DNA from: Actinomycetota bacterium
GTDB lineage: Bacteria; Actinomycetota; Geothermincolia; Fen-727; Anoxymicrobiaceae
Direction of reading: 5' to 3'
NCBI GenBank assembly: GCA_016649525.1
Contig: JAENXM010000001.1
Location: 1-41,263, forward strand
Length of the DNA stretch: 41,263 nucleotides
Each line of letters begins with the position of its first letter. Position 1 is the first letter of the stretch. The translations under genes and the position numbers were made by a program. The notes beneath the pieces are model-generated. The model saw nothing but the letters and a program-made list of their open reading frames with translations. It ran no database searches and was not told where the DNA came from. Shown here one piece after another: positions 1 through 9,858 of this stretch.

Positions 1-378
1 ACCGAGGACCTGGAGATGATGGAGGAGGAGGACAGGATCCGCCTCGAGGTGGAGCGGGCCGGGAGCGCGGTCGAGGAGATGTCCGCAGGGGAGCGCGAGG
101 CCCGGGATGCCTACGAGAAGGAGCGCGCGGAAAAAGAACACCAGGTGGCAGAGCTCGAGAGGGAGCGCGACGGCCTCAAGGAGGCTGTCGATGAGGATAC
201 GATCGCCGCGTACGACAAGCTGCTCAAGGAAAAGGGCGGACTGGCGGTTGTAAGGATTGAGAAGGGTAAGAACTGCGGAGGCTGCCACATAGAGTTCAGC
301 AGCAGCAAGATCGACCAGTTCCAGCACGAGCAGGGCATTTTCCGTTGTGAATACTGCCGCAGGATCCTAGTCCAGTGA
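1..378 (+). CDS. C4-type zinc-ribbon / coiled-coil protein (DUF164-like), 5' end cut by the window edge
   Basis: The frame is open from nt 1. A Glu/Arg/Lys-rich coiled coil is followed by the CGGCH...CEYC cysteine pairs. The stop TGA 376-378 overlaps the GTG of the next gene (GTGA). Confidence 0.7.
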   Translation, partial: TEDLEMMEEEDRIRLEVERAGSAVEEMSAGEREARDAYEKERAEKEHQVAELERERDGLKEAVDEDTIAAYDKLLKEKGGLAVVRIEKGKNCGGCHIEFSSSKIDQFQHEQGIFRCEYCRRILVQ

Positions 379-863
379 ACCTCGAGTCGAAGCAGGGACG
401 GAAGGCGGAAGGCAACCGGCTTCATGTGTTCAGCGACGGCGCGGCGCGCGACAACCCCGGGCCCGCTGGCGTCGGGGGGCAGGTCACCGACGAGCGCGGG
501 CGGGTTCTGCTCGAGGTCTCCGAGTACCTGGGGGAAACCACGAACAACGTCGCGGAGTATTACGCCTTGATCCGCGTACTGGAGAGAGCGGTGGGGCTCG
601 GATACGAGCGGTTGAGTATCCACACCGACAGCGAGCTGCTCGCCAACCAGGTGACAGGCGGCTTCAGGGTCAAGAGCAAAGCGCTGAAGCCTTTGCTGGG
701 AAGGGTAAAGGAGCTGCTGGCCGGGTTCCGGCAGGTAGAGGTGGAATATATCCCCAGGGAGAAGAATATCGCGTGCGACGCGCTCGCCAACAGGGCGATT
801 GACGAAGGCCTGTCAGGGCAAAAAAAGCCGATACTGAAGCCGGGTGAAGGGACGCTCTTCTAG
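375..863 (+). CDS. rnhA: ribonuclease HI family protein (stand-alone)
   Basis: Motifs VFSDGAARDNPGPAGVG, NNVAEYYALI, HTDSELL and NIACDALAN match the type-1 RNase H catalytic residues. The GTG start is coupled to the upstream stop. Confidence 0.8.
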   Translation: MNLESKQGRKAEGNRLHVFSDGAARDNPGPAGVGGQVTDERGRVLLEVSEYLGETTNNVAEYYALIRVLERAVGLGYERLSIHTDSELLANQVTGGFRVKSKALKPLLGRVKELLAGFRQVEVEYIPREKNIACDALANRAIDEGLSGQKKPILKPGEGTLF

Positions 864-890
864 GTAGATGACGGGTGAAAGCGGGTACTT

Positions 891-2180
891 ATGGAATGCT
901 GTGTGATCGGTACGGGTTACGTGGGTTTGGTCACCGGCGCCTGCCTCGCGGACCTCGGCCACACAGTTGTCTGCGTTGACCGGGACAGCGAGAAGATAGA
1001 CGCGCTTTCAGCGGGCAGGGTTCCCGTCTACGAGGCGGGACTGGAGGCCCTGGCAACAAAGCATCTCGAGAGCGGGGATCTGAGCTTCACGACAGACATC
1101 CAGGAGGCGGTCTCGAAAAGCCAGTTCGTCTTCATCACCGTCGACACCCCCCCAGACGAGACCGGGCGCGCGGACATAACCCGCGTCGAAGAGGTCGCGC
1201 GCAGTATCGCCGGCTCGATAAACGATTACAAGGTGATAATCAACAAGAGCACGGTCCCGATCGGCAGCACCAAGATGGTCCAGAGGATCATCGAGGAATC
1301 CATGGAGGAGTACCGCGAATACGATGTGGTCTCCAACCCGGAGTTCCTCAGGGAGGGGACGGCCGTCTCGGACTTCATGGATCCGTCGCGAATCGTAATC
1401 GGGAGCGACTCTCAGAAAGCCGTAATGCTTCTGACAGAGCTCTATCGCGGTCTGGACGCCCCCCTGTTCGTCACCGATCCCGTGAGCGCGGAGATGATCA
1501 AGTACGCGTCGAACGCGTTCCTGGCGACGAAGGTGACTTACATAAACGCGATCGCGAACCTCTGCGAGGCCGTCGGGGCCGATGTGCGGGAGGTCGCCCT
1601 TGGAATGGGATACGACGAGCGCATAGGCTTCGAGTTCCTGAAGCCCGGCCCGGGCTTCGGCGGCTCGTGCTTTCCCAAGGACTGCAGGGCTCTTCTTGCG
1701 ATCTCCCGGGACCACGGATACGATTTCGACCTGCTCGAAGGGGTTCTCGAGGTGAACCGCGAGCAGCATGAGCGCACCGTGGCCAAGGTGGAAAGGCTGT
1801 CCGGAGGGTTGAAAGGCAGGAAGGTCGGGGTCCTCGGACTGGCATTCAAGGCCAACACGGATGACGTGCGGGAGTCCCCCGCTGTCAGGGTGACGAAGAT
1901 GCTCATGGAAAGAGGCGCTCATGTTACAGCCTTCGACCCCCGGGCCATGGATAACGCACGCCCGGAGCTGCCGGGGGCGGGCTTTGCGGAGAGCGCGTAC
2001 GAGGCTGTTGAGGACGCCGATGTCCTCGTGCTCCTGACGGAGTGGGACGAGTTCAAGTGGCTCGACTACGAACGCGTGCGCGGGTTGATGGCCAGGCCGC
2101 TCATCGTTGACGCCAGGAACTGCCTGGACCCGGTTGTCTTGAGGAAGCTTGGTTTCACGTACGAAGGGGTAGGCAGATGA
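891..2180 (+). CDS. ugd: UDP-glucose 6-dehydrogenase
   Basis: N-terminal VIGTGYVGL Rossmann motif and the catalytic GFGGSCFPKD motif; 429 aa. Confidence 0.9.
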   Translation: MECCVIGTGYVGLVTGACLADLGHTVVCVDRDSEKIDALSAGRVPVYEAGLEALATKHLESGDLSFTTDIQEAVSKSQFVFITVDTPPDETGRADITRVEEVARSIAGSINDYKVIINKSTVPIGSTKMVQRIIEESMEEYREYDVVSNPEFLREGTAVSDFMDPSRIVIGSDSQKAVMLLTELYRGLDAPLFVTDPVSAEMIKYASNAFLATKVTYINAIANLCEAVGADVREVALGMGYDERIGFEFLKPGPGFGGSCFPKDCRALLAISRDHGYDFDLLEGVLEVNREQHERTVAKVERLSGGLKGRKVGVLGLAFKANTDDVRESPAVRVTKMLMERGAHVTAFDPRAMDNARPELPGAGFAESAYEAVEDADVLVLLTEWDEFKWLDYERVRGLMARPLIVDARNCLDPVVLRKLGFTYEGVGR

Positions 2181-2863
2181 AGTTATCGATAATCATACCG
2201 GCGTACAACGAGCGGAATACCATCAAGGAGATCCTTCGCAGGGTGAGGGCCGTCGACCTCGGAGAGATCGAGAAGGAGATCATTGTCGTTGACGACGGTT
2301 CGACCGACGGTACCGGCGATATCCTGAAGCTCGAGGAGGACTCCACGACCAGGGTAATACGGCATGATGTAAACCGTGGCAAAGGAGCGGCGATACGCGA
2401 TGCCCTTCCCCAGGCCACGGGTGACTACATCATCATCCAGGATGCCGACCTCGAGTACGACCCCGAGGACTTTCGTATCATGCTGGCCCCGGTTTTGAAG
2501 AAGAAAGCCGATGTCGTCTACGGGTCCCGCTTTACCGGCGAGCACCGTGACATGCTCTACTGGCACTGGCTCGGCAACAAGTTCTTGAACTTCGTGACAA
2601 ACGTCCTGTACAACACGACGCTTTCTGACATGGAGACCTGCTACAAGCTGTTCTCCCGCGATTCACTCAAAGGGATCGAGATAGAGTCCGAAGGATTCGA
2701 GGTCGAGCCTGAGATAACGGCCAAGCTGCTCAGGAAAAAGGTCCGCATCTACGAGGTGCCTGTCTCGTACGCGGGGCGGGAGTACGATGAGGGTAAGAAG
2801 ATCGTCTGGATGGACGGGTTCAAGGCCCTCTGGTCCCTGATCAAGTATCGCTTCGTGAGGTGA
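2177..2863 (+). CDS. family-2 glycosyltransferase, polyprenyl-phosphate sugar synthase-like (DPM1/ArnC/GtrB type)
   Basis: LSIIIPAYNE start, VVDDGSTDGT and IIQDADLEYDP (DXD) motifs; short 228-aa soluble GT2. The ATGA overlaps the ugd stop. Confidence 0.8.
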   Translation: MKLSIIIPAYNERNTIKEILRRVRAVDLGEIEKEIIVVDDGSTDGTGDILKLEEDSTTRVIRHDVNRGKGAAIRDALPQATGDYIIIQDADLEYDPEDFRIMLAPVLKKKADVVYGSRFTGEHRDMLYWHWLGNKFLNFVTNVLYNTTLSDMETCYKLFSRDSLKGIEIESEGFEVEPEITAKLLRKKVRIYEVPVSYAGREYDEGKKIVWMDGFKALWSLIKYRFVR

Positions 2864-2897
2864 GGTGCCGGGTCCGGAAAGGATTGGAGGTCTTGTG

Positions 2898-3392
2898 ATG
2901 TCAAAGACAGCGGTGAACGTGATACTTCTCTTCCTGAGCATAGGCCTTGCCGTGGTGGGACAGCTCTCCATGAAGGCGGGAATGAACAAGGTGGGGGAGA
3001 TAAGATCGGAGGACATGAAGCATCCCGTCGAACTGATAGGGAGGGTAATAAAGAGCGCCTGGGCGGTGATCGGCGTCCTGCTGTACGCTATCTCGGCTGT
3101 CTTCTGGCTGGTCGTTCTATCACGGATCAACTTGAGTGTGGCCTACCCCATTGTGGCATTCGGTTATGTTGTGGTTGTCCTGTACTCCTGGTTGGTCTTC
3201 AAGGAGCCGGTGAAGTGGTTTTCCTGGATAGGACTTGCGTTGATAGTGATCGGGGTCGTCATCACGGCACAGGGACTGAAATCAAAGACCGAGAGCGAGT
3301 CGGGTAACCTGAAGGCGCCCACCGCGCAGGTGGCGGTCGCTCCCGGCGATGTGACTGCTAAGAATGAAACCGGTATCGGTAATACTCATTAA
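2898..3392 (+). CDS. small EamA/SMR-like 4-TM membrane protein (ArnE/ArnF-like candidate flippase subunit)
   Basis: Four hydrophobic segments. I chose the ATG at 2898 because GGAGG lies 6 nt upstream; the ORF track starts at GTG 2865. The hydrophilic tail overlaps the next gene by 29 nt. Confidence 0.6.
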   Translation: MSKTAVNVILLFLSIGLAVVGQLSMKAGMNKVGEIRSEDMKHPVELIGRVIKSAWAVIGVLLYAISAVFWLVVLSRINLSVAYPIVAFGYVVVVLYSWLVFKEPVKWFSWIGLALIVIGVVITAQGLKSKTESESGNLKAPTAQVAVAPGDVTAKNETGIGNTH

Positions 3393-4425
3393 CTTCAACG
3401 GCGTCGAGGACCTTGAGGCGTGCCTTCGGTCGCTCTTCCTGCAGGATTACGAGAAGATCGAGCTTTTCCTCATCGACAACGGTTCGACCGACGGCTCACC
3501 CGACGCGCTGCGCGAGTTCGAGCGGGATCCGAAAAACCAGCGCAGGTTCTCCGGTGATTCACCGCGTCTCATTCTGAACGATGAGAACATCGGGTTCAGC
3601 CCGGCTTTGAACCAGGGCGTAAGGGCTTCGACCGGAGAGGTCATAGTACCGCTCAACCCGGATGTCGTCCTCGACAGTGGTTTCATATCCGCAATTGTGG
3701 CGCCGCTCGAGGAGCCCGGCGTGGGAAGCGTTACGGGCAAGCTCTTGAGGTTCCCGCCCGGTGGGGAGAACAACGCCGTCGATTCGGTCGGGCACCAGAT
3801 ATTCAGAAACCGCCTGGCGAAGGACCGCGGTGAGGGTGAACCCGGGGCGACCTCCTATCTCGAGCGCGAGATCGTTTTCGGGACCTGCGGGGCCGCTGCC
3901 GCTTACTCCCGGCGGATGCTCGATGACGTCGCTGTCGACGGCGAGTACTTCGACGAGGCCTTCTTCGCTTTCTGGGAGGACCTCGACCTCGATTGGCGGG
4001 CGAACCTGCGGGGCTGGAGATGCGTCTACGAGCCGACGGCAATCGCCTATCACAGGCGTGGCGGCACCGGTTACAGGAAAACGCTCCTGGTCGAATATCA
4101 TAACTACAAGAACCGGTACCTCATGATTATCAAGAACGATTCCGTGCGGTACCTGCTCCGCAACCTGCCCGGGATCCTGGTGACCGAGGCGCTCAAGGGC
4201 GGCGCGCTGCTGGTCCGGTGCCCGAGGGCAATCCTTTCACTCGTGGAAGTGGTCAGGCTCGTGCCGTCGATGCTGAAGAAAAGGCGCGAGATCCAGGCGA
4301 GAAGGATAGTCCCGGCCGGTGAGATCGAGAGGATGCTGGACCCCTTCAGTTACGGTGACTGGATAAAGAGGCACCTTTTCCATCGCGGCGAGATGATAGA
4401 GGGCGCGGAACGGGAGCTGGCGTGA
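3364..4425 (+). CDS. family-2 glycosyltransferase
   Basis: VSVILINFNG, IDNGSTDGS and FWEDLDLDWR motifs typical of GT2 (rhamnosyl/galactosyl-transferase-like). Confidence 0.8.
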   Translation: MKPVSVILINFNGVEDLEACLRSLFLQDYEKIELFLIDNGSTDGSPDALREFERDPKNQRRFSGDSPRLILNDENIGFSPALNQGVRASTGEVIVPLNPDVVLDSGFISAIVAPLEEPGVGSVTGKLLRFPPGGENNAVDSVGHQIFRNRLAKDRGEGEPGATSYLEREIVFGTCGAAAAYSRRMLDDVAVDGEYFDEAFFAFWEDLDLDWRANLRGWRCVYEPTAIAYHRRGGTGYRKTLLVEYHNYKNRYLMIIKNDSVRYLLRNLPGILVTEALKGGALLVRCPRAILSLVEVVRLVPSMLKKRREIQARRIVPAGEIERMLDPFSYGDWIKRHLFHRGEMIEGAERELA

Positions 4426-5330
4426 ACAGGGTGGCCGCGGTCGTCATCAACCGGAACACGCGCGACTTCCTGCGCGATTGCCTGGCCTCCATCGAGGATC
4501 AGGACTTCGCCGGAGGCATATCGACCTGGGTGATCGACAACGGGTCAAACGACGGAAGCCCGGAGATGGTCATATCCGAGTTCCCTTCCGCCAACCTGGT
4601 CTGGAACTCCCGCAACACCGGGTATGCGCGGGCGTGCAACAAGGGCATAGAGCTCAGCCGCGAGCCCTGCGTCATGATAATGAACAGCGACGTGGTTCTC
4701 CGCCCCGACACGGTCGTGCAGCTCGTCGAGTCCCTCGACAGGAATCCCGGCACGGGGGTGGTCGGTCCGAAAGTTCTGAACAGCGACGGGTCTCTCCAGT
4801 ACTCGTGCCGCAGGTTCCCCTCCATAAAGGAATCGTTCGTGCACGCGTTTGTAGGTATCTTCAAGGCCGGGAACCCTTATTCCGAGAGTTACAGGATGAT
4901 GGACATGGACCGCGAGACCGAGACGGAAGTCGACTGGGTCTCGGGGGCTTTCATGGCGTTGAGAAGGGATGCGCTTTCCGACATCCGCGCCTTCGACGAT
5001 AAGTATTTCATGTACGTCGAGGACGTCGACCTCTGCTGGAGGATGCGGCGGGCGGGCTGGACCGTGAACTACGTGCCGAAGGCGGTCGCGGTCCACCACA
5101 TCGGCATGAGCGGCCGCCAGGTTCCGACCAGGATGGTGTTCTGCCACCACCGCAGTATGCTACGCTTCCATCGGAAGACCTACGAAGGACCGTTGAGGCC
5201 CCTGATCCACGCGGTCGTGGCGGCCGGGGTCGCCGCAAGGTTTCTTCTGATAGTGGCGCTTAATCTGTTTTACCGTATCCGCGCCGCGCTCGGCGGGGCG
5301 AAGCGCGTGATAATGCCAGGGAGACAGTGA
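4422..5330 (+). CDS. family-2 glycosyltransferase, in the WbbL-like position (possible rhamnosyltransferase)
   Basis: AAVVINRNT, IDNGSNDGS, NTGYARACNKG and YVEDVDLCWR motifs; 4-nt overlaps on both sides. Confidence 0.8.
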   Translation: MNRVAAVVINRNTRDFLRDCLASIEDQDFAGGISTWVIDNGSNDGSPEMVISEFPSANLVWNSRNTGYARACNKGIELSREPCVMIMNSDVVLRPDTVVQLVESLDRNPGTGVVGPKVLNSDGSLQYSCRRFPSIKESFVHAFVGIFKAGNPYSESYRMMDMDRETETEVDWVSGAFMALRRDALSDIRAFDDKYFMYVEDVDLCWRMRRAGWTVNYVPKAVAVHHIGMSGRQVPTRMVFCHHRSMLRFHRKTYEGPLRPLIHAVVAAGVAARFLLIVALNLFYRIRAALGGAKRVIMPGRQ

Positions 5331-6280
5331 TGGAGAGAACGCTGGTCACGGGGGCGGATGGCTTTGTCGCCTCGCACCTCATCCCCGAGCTGTTCCACGG
5401 GTGGGGCTGCGAGCTCTTCGGGCTCGGCCTGAGACCGGAGCCTTCCTGCTCCGTGGTGGGGCTCGAGTACCGGGTGGTGGACCTCACCGACTTCGAGGGC
5501 GTCGAGAAGGTGCTCGACGGCTTCCGCCCGGATGCGGTGTTCCACCTGGCCGCCCAGCCGTCTGTCGCCCGCTCCTGGGAGGACCCCTGGTCCACCTACA
5601 GGGTAAACCTGCTCGGCCAGGTGAACCTGATGGAGGCGATGAGAAGGCTCGGTATCGAGGCATCGGTCCATATCGCCTGCTCGAGCGAGGAATACGGACG
5701 GGTCTCTCCCGATGAGATGCCCCTCGACGAGGGGGCGCCCCTGAACCCCTGCAGTCATTACGCGGTGAGCAAGGTCGGCCAGGAGGTGCTCGGGAAGATG
5801 TACAGCGAGGCCTTCTCTTGGAGGGTGCTCATCACGCGGGGGTTCAACCAGGCGGGCCCGGGCCAGTCGCCCGACTTCGTGGTCTCCTCGTTCGCACGCC
5901 AGATAGCCCTGGTGGAGTGCGGCAAGGCCGAGCCGGTCCTGAAAGTGGGGAACCTCGAGGCGCGCCGGGATTTCACAGATGTGCGCGACACAGTCAGGGC
6001 CTACCAGATGGTCATGGAGAAAGGCAGGCCGGGCGCCGCTTACAACGTCTGTTCGGGCGTTGCGAGTGCCATATCAGAGGTACTGGAGATCCTGCTCGGC
6101 ATGTCGGACGCCCGGATAACGGTCGCGAAAGACCCGGCACGCCAGCGCCCCAGTGACATACCGGTCCTTGTCGGAGACAATTCGCTCGTGCGAGAGGAGA
6201 CCGGCTGGCAGCCCGAGATCCCTCTCGAGAAAACTCTGGGGGACACACTCGAATACTGGAGGTCCATCGAGTCGCGGTGA
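5327..6280 (+). CDS. rmd: SDR epimerase/reductase, GDP-4-keto-6-deoxy-D-mannose reductase (Rmd)-like
   Basis: GADGFVASHL Rossmann motif, SSEEYG, YAVSK. It has FNQAGPGQ where Gmd has NHxxPRRG. It is a paralogue of the 7469-8422 gene. Confidence 0.6.
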   Translation: MMERTLVTGADGFVASHLIPELFHGWGCELFGLGLRPEPSCSVVGLEYRVVDLTDFEGVEKVLDGFRPDAVFHLAAQPSVARSWEDPWSTYRVNLLGQVNLMEAMRRLGIEASVHIACSSEEYGRVSPDEMPLDEGAPLNPCSHYAVSKVGQEVLGKMYSEAFSWRVLITRGFNQAGPGQSPDFVVSSFARQIALVECGKAEPVLKVGNLEARRDFTDVRDTVRAYQMVMEKGRPGAAYNVCSGVASAISEVLEILLGMSDARITVAKDPARQRPSDIPVLVGDNSLVREETGWQPEIPLEKTLGDTLEYWRSIESR

Positions 6281-6304
6281 CGCGGTTCCTGGAGGTGAAT
6301 TAAC

Positions 6305-7420
6305 TTGAAGGGAGTCATGCTTGTAGGTGGGTTCGGCACAAGGATGCGACCGCTCACCATCACAACCCCGAAGCCGATGCTCCCACTTGTGAACGTGCCC
6401 TTTCTGGAGGTCGAACTTCTCCACCTGCGAAGGTACGGCGTGGATGAGGTGATACTCTCGACCGGGTACATGCCGGCGGTCTTCGACGCCTACTTCGGTG
6501 ACGGCTCCCGCATCGACATGAGGCTCACGCACATCACCGAGGAAGAGCCGCTCGGGACGTGCGGGGCAGTGAAGAACGTGGCGGAGCTGCTGGGGGAGGA
6601 GCCGGTCATCGTATGCAACGGCGATATCCTCACCGACCTCGACATAGGAGCGCTCATCGAGTATCACCGCGAGAAGGGCGCCGCGGTAACGATAACCCTC
6701 ACCCCGGTCGAGGATCCTACCGCCTACGGTCTCGTGCCGCTGGACGACGACGGCCGCATAAAGGAGTTTCTCGAAAAGCCCTCCTGGGACCAGGTCGTGA
6801 CCGACCTCATCAACGCGGGCACATACGTCATAGACCCCAGGGTCTTCAGACAGGTACCGCCCGACACCAATTACTCCTTCGAAAGGGAGCTCTTCCCCGA
6901 CCTGCTCTCACAGGGCGAGCCGCTTTTCGGGTTTCCGTCCGACTGCTACTGGCTCGACCTCGGCACTCCGGCGAAGTACCTTGCGGCCCACCACGACATA
7001 CTCGAGGGGAGGATCGATGTCTCTTTGAGGGGAGAAGAGATCGCCAGGCGCGTTTTCGCGGGTAACGACGTACAGATCGACGACAGTGCCCGGCTATACG
7101 GCCCGCTTCTCATCGGGGACGGCGCCAGCATCGGCGCCGGTGCCAGTGTCGGGAGGCTCACCTGCCTGGGCGACCGCGTGAAGGTGGGGGCTGGCGCGCA
7201 CGTCGAAGGCGCAGTCATCCTGGACGGGACGGAGCTGGGCGAAGGGTGCGTCGTCGAGCAGAGCATCATAGGCCGCAACACGGTCCTGGGCCCGGAAGTC
7301 CATGTTGCGGAGGGTTCGGTATTGGGTGATAATATCGAGGCCGGTGGAGGGAACGAGTTCCGCAGGGGCATCCGTGTGTGGCCCTCTACTTCCATAGAAG
7401 CGGGAAAGATCAAGTTCTGA
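6305..7420 (+). CDS. manC: mannose-1-phosphate guanylyltransferase-type NDP-sugar pyrophosphorylase with a C-terminal left-handed beta-helix
   Basis: LVGGFGTRMRPLT and PKPMLP motifs, then hexapeptide repeats in the C-terminal third. TTG start. Confidence 0.8.
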   Translation: MKGVMLVGGFGTRMRPLTITTPKPMLPLVNVPFLEVELLHLRRYGVDEVILSTGYMPAVFDAYFGDGSRIDMRLTHITEEEPLGTCGAVKNVAELLGEEPVIVCNGDILTDLDIGALIEYHREKGAAVTITLTPVEDPTAYGLVPLDDDGRIKEFLEKPSWDQVVTDLINAGTYVIDPRVFRQVPPDTNYSFERELFPDLLSQGEPLFGFPSDCYWLDLGTPAKYLAAHHDILEGRIDVSLRGEEIARRVFAGNDVQIDDSARLYGPLLIGDGASIGAGASVGRLTCLGDRVKVGAGAHVEGAVILDGTELGEGCVVEQSIIGRNTVLGPEVHVAEGSVLGDNIEAGGGNEFRRGIRVWPSTSIEAGKIKF

Positions 7421-7468
7421 ACCGGTGTCTTGCCCGGGTTTTGCAGTCGCTGTTCCTGGAGGTGAGTA

Positions 7469-8422
7469 TTGAGGGTTTTAATCACAGGTATGACCGGGTT
7501 CGTCGGCAGTCATCTCGCCGAGTACTGCCTGGGTCGCGGCGACGTCGAGGTCTTCGGGACCGTCAGGTGGCGCAGCCGCATGGACAACGTCCCCGACATT
7601 GTCGACCGGGTGGAGATGATCGACTGCGACCTGCGGGACGCGGTGGCGGTCAAGCACTGCCTCGACGAGGTCAGGCCCGACTTCCTTTTCCACCTGGCGG
7701 CTCAGAGCTTCGTCCCGACGTCCTGGAAGGCGCCCGTGGAGACTATGGTCACGAACATCGTTGGGGAGATAAACGTATTCGAGGCTGTGCGCGACCTTGG
7801 CATCGGGACCAGGATACGGGTGGCCGGCTCCAGCGAGGAGTACGGAAAGGTCTACGAGGATGAGTTACCCATCAAGGAGACGAACCCCTTGAGGCCGCTC
7901 AGCCCCTACGGTGTCAGCAAGGTAGGGCAGGACCTTCTCGGGTACCAGTACCACGAGAGCTACGGCCTTCACGTCGTCAGGACCCGCGCCTTCAACCATA
8001 CAGGTCCGCGGCGCGGCGAACCCTTTGTGTCCAGCAACTTCTCGAAGCAGATCGCGATGGTAGAGAAGGGCAGGAAGGAGCCGGTTATAGAGGTCGGAAA
8101 CCTCGAGGCGCGCCGCGATTATACCGACGTCAGGGACATAGTCAAAGCTTACTGGCTCGCTCTTGAGAGGGGGGAGCCGGGAGATGTTTACAACCTTGGC
8201 TCGGGCAGGGACATAAGTATTCAAACGCTACTCGACATGCTGCTCGAGCTCACAACCGTAGAGATCGAGGTCCGGCAGGACCCCGCGAGGATGCGCCCCT
8301 CGGATGTGATGGTGCTGAGGGCCGATACGACCAAGTTCTTTGAGCTCACCGGCTGGAAGCCGGAGATACCCTTTGACAGGACGCTCAACGACCTCTTGGA
8401 TTACTGGCGCGAAAGGGTATAG
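7469..8422 (+). CDS. gmd: GDP-mannose 4,6-dehydratase (short form)
   Basis: ITGMTGFVGSHL, SSEEYG, YGVSK and FNHTGPRRGEPFV motifs. TTG start after GGAGGTGAG. Confidence 0.8.
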   Translation: MRVLITGMTGFVGSHLAEYCLGRGDVEVFGTVRWRSRMDNVPDIVDRVEMIDCDLRDAVAVKHCLDEVRPDFLFHLAAQSFVPTSWKAPVETMVTNIVGEINVFEAVRDLGIGTRIRVAGSSEEYGKVYEDELPIKETNPLRPLSPYGVSKVGQDLLGYQYHESYGLHVVRTRAFNHTGPRRGEPFVSSNFSKQIAMVEKGRKEPVIEVGNLEARRDYTDVRDIVKAYWLALERGEPGDVYNLGSGRDISIQTLLDMLLELTTVEIEVRQDPARMRPSDVMVLRADTTKFFELTGWKPEIPFDRTLNDLLDYWRERV

Positions 8423-8424
8423 CC

Positions 8425-9858
8425 TTGATCGAGTTCGGCACGGACGGCTGGCGCGGTGTCATCGCCGATGACTTCACCTTCGACAGGATATGGCTCGTCG
8501 CGTGCGCAATCTCGCGTTATGTAAGAAAAACAGCCGGGGCCAGGCCTAGCCTGCTCATAGGTTACGACACGCGTTTCAATTCCGACCTTTTCGCCCAGCT
8601 CTGCTCAATCGCAGCAGCCGCCGAGGGCATCGAAGTGATGGTCGCCGACAGGTTCGTCCCGACCCCCTCGGTCTCTTACGCCACCGTGGACCTCGCCACC
8701 GACGGCGCGATAATGATAACGGCGAGCCACAATCCGCCCCGCTACAACGGCATCAAGTTCAAGGCTCCCTACGGAGGCTCGGCCTCCACCACCATCACCG
8801 CGGCGATCGAGAAGGAGCTTCGCCTGGTGGAGAAGGACCCGCCGGAGAGGCCCGACGTCCTTTTCGAGGACATCCTGGCCGAGGGCACGGTGAAGCTTTT
8901 CGACCCCGGGCCCAGGTACATGGAAAAGGTCGTCTCGATGGTGGACTCGAAAGCCGTAGCGGGAGGCGGGTTAAAGGTACTCTTTGACCCGATGTACGGA
9001 GCGGGGCAGGGCTACTTCCCGGAGGCCATGGAGCGGCTGGGCACGAGCTGCGACCAGATCCACGGCGAGCACAACCCTCTCTTCCCCGGCCTTCAGCCCG
9101 AGCCGATAGGCGACAACCTGAACGAGCTGAGGGAAGCGGTCGTCGCGGGGGAGTACCAGGTCGGCATCGCCGTGGACGGTGACGCGGACCGGGTGACCGC
9201 CATCGACGCGACCGGGCGTTTCATAAGCTCCCACATGGTTTTCGCGCTCCTTTTGAAGCATCTCATCGAGGTTAGGGGATGGACCGGAAACGTTGTCAAG
9301 ACCGTGTCCACCACTTCCATGATAGACAGGCTCTGTGAGAAGTACGGGCTCAAGCTCCACGTCGTGCCCGTCGGCTTCAAGTACATATGCGACCTCATGC
9401 TCGAGGAGGACATACTGATCGGCGGCGAGGAGAGCGGCGGGACCGGCATAAAGAACCACATCCCCGAGCGGGACGGCATCCTGGTGGGGCTGCTGCTCGT
9501 GGAGATAATGGCTACCAGCGGGAAGACCCTCGGCCGGCTAATCGAAGAGCTGATGGACGAGCTAGGGCGCAGGTTCGTGTACCTTCGCAGGGACATCGAG
9601 CTGACCCGGTCGCACAAGGAAGCGCTCCTCGAGAGCCTGCCGGGCTTGAGGCCCGAGGGCATCGGTGGGCTGAAGGTGACAGAGGTGGAGACCATCGACG
9701 GCCTCAAGTTCCACCGCGAGGACGGGTCATGGGTGATGCTCCGGGTCTCGGGGACGGAGGCCGTTGTCAGGGTCTACGCGGAGGCCGTCTCCGAGCAGGA
9801 AGTGGAGGGCCTTGTCGCCGCGGGAGAGAAGCTGATAGGAGAGGCGGCACCCGTCTGA
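8425..9858 (+). CDS. phosphomannomutase/phosphoglucomutase
   Basis: Active-site TASHNP, the metal loop DGDADR and GEESGG. TTG start. Confidence 0.9.
   Translation: MIEFGTDGWRGVIADDFTFDRIWLVACAISRYVRKTAGARPSLLIGYDTRFNSDLFAQLCSIAAAAEGIEVMVADRFVPTPSVSYATVDLATDGAIMITASHNPPRYNGIKFKAPYGGSASTTITAAIEKELRLVEKDPPERPDVLFEDILAEGTVKLFDPGPRYMEKVVSMVDSKAVAGGGLKVLFDPMYGAGQGYFPEAMERLGTSCDQIHGEHNPLFPGLQPEPIGDNLNELREAVVAGEYQVGIAVDGDADRVTAIDATGRFISSHMVFALLLKHLIEVRGWTGNVVKTVSTTSMIDRLCEKYGLKLHVVPVGFKYICDLMLEEDILIGGEESGGTGIKNHIPERDGILVGLLLVEIMATSGKTLGRLIEELMDELGRRFVYLRRDIELTRSHKEALLESLPGLRPEGIGGLKVTEVETIDGLKFHREDGSWVMLRVSGTEAVVRVYAEAVSEQEVEGLVAAGEKLIGEAAPV

Noticed and set aside
1008-1922. Long antisense ORFs opposite real genes. 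Examples: 1008-1922, 6074-6667, 11038-11634, 17728-18618, 19157-20251, 20861-21796, 29777-30649 and 39320-40075.
   Set aside because: Their translations are rich in Arg, Pro, Gly and Ala, with no recognisable motifs. Each lies fully inside a strongly supported gene on the other strand. This is the usual stop-codon-poor artefact of G+C-rich DNA.
9387-9857. A 157-aa N-terminal extension of the SIS isomerase ORF in the supplied track.
   Set aside because: It is an Arg/Gly-rich off-frame reading of the pmm 3' end. A canonical ATGA-coupled start at 9858 gives a normal-length protein.
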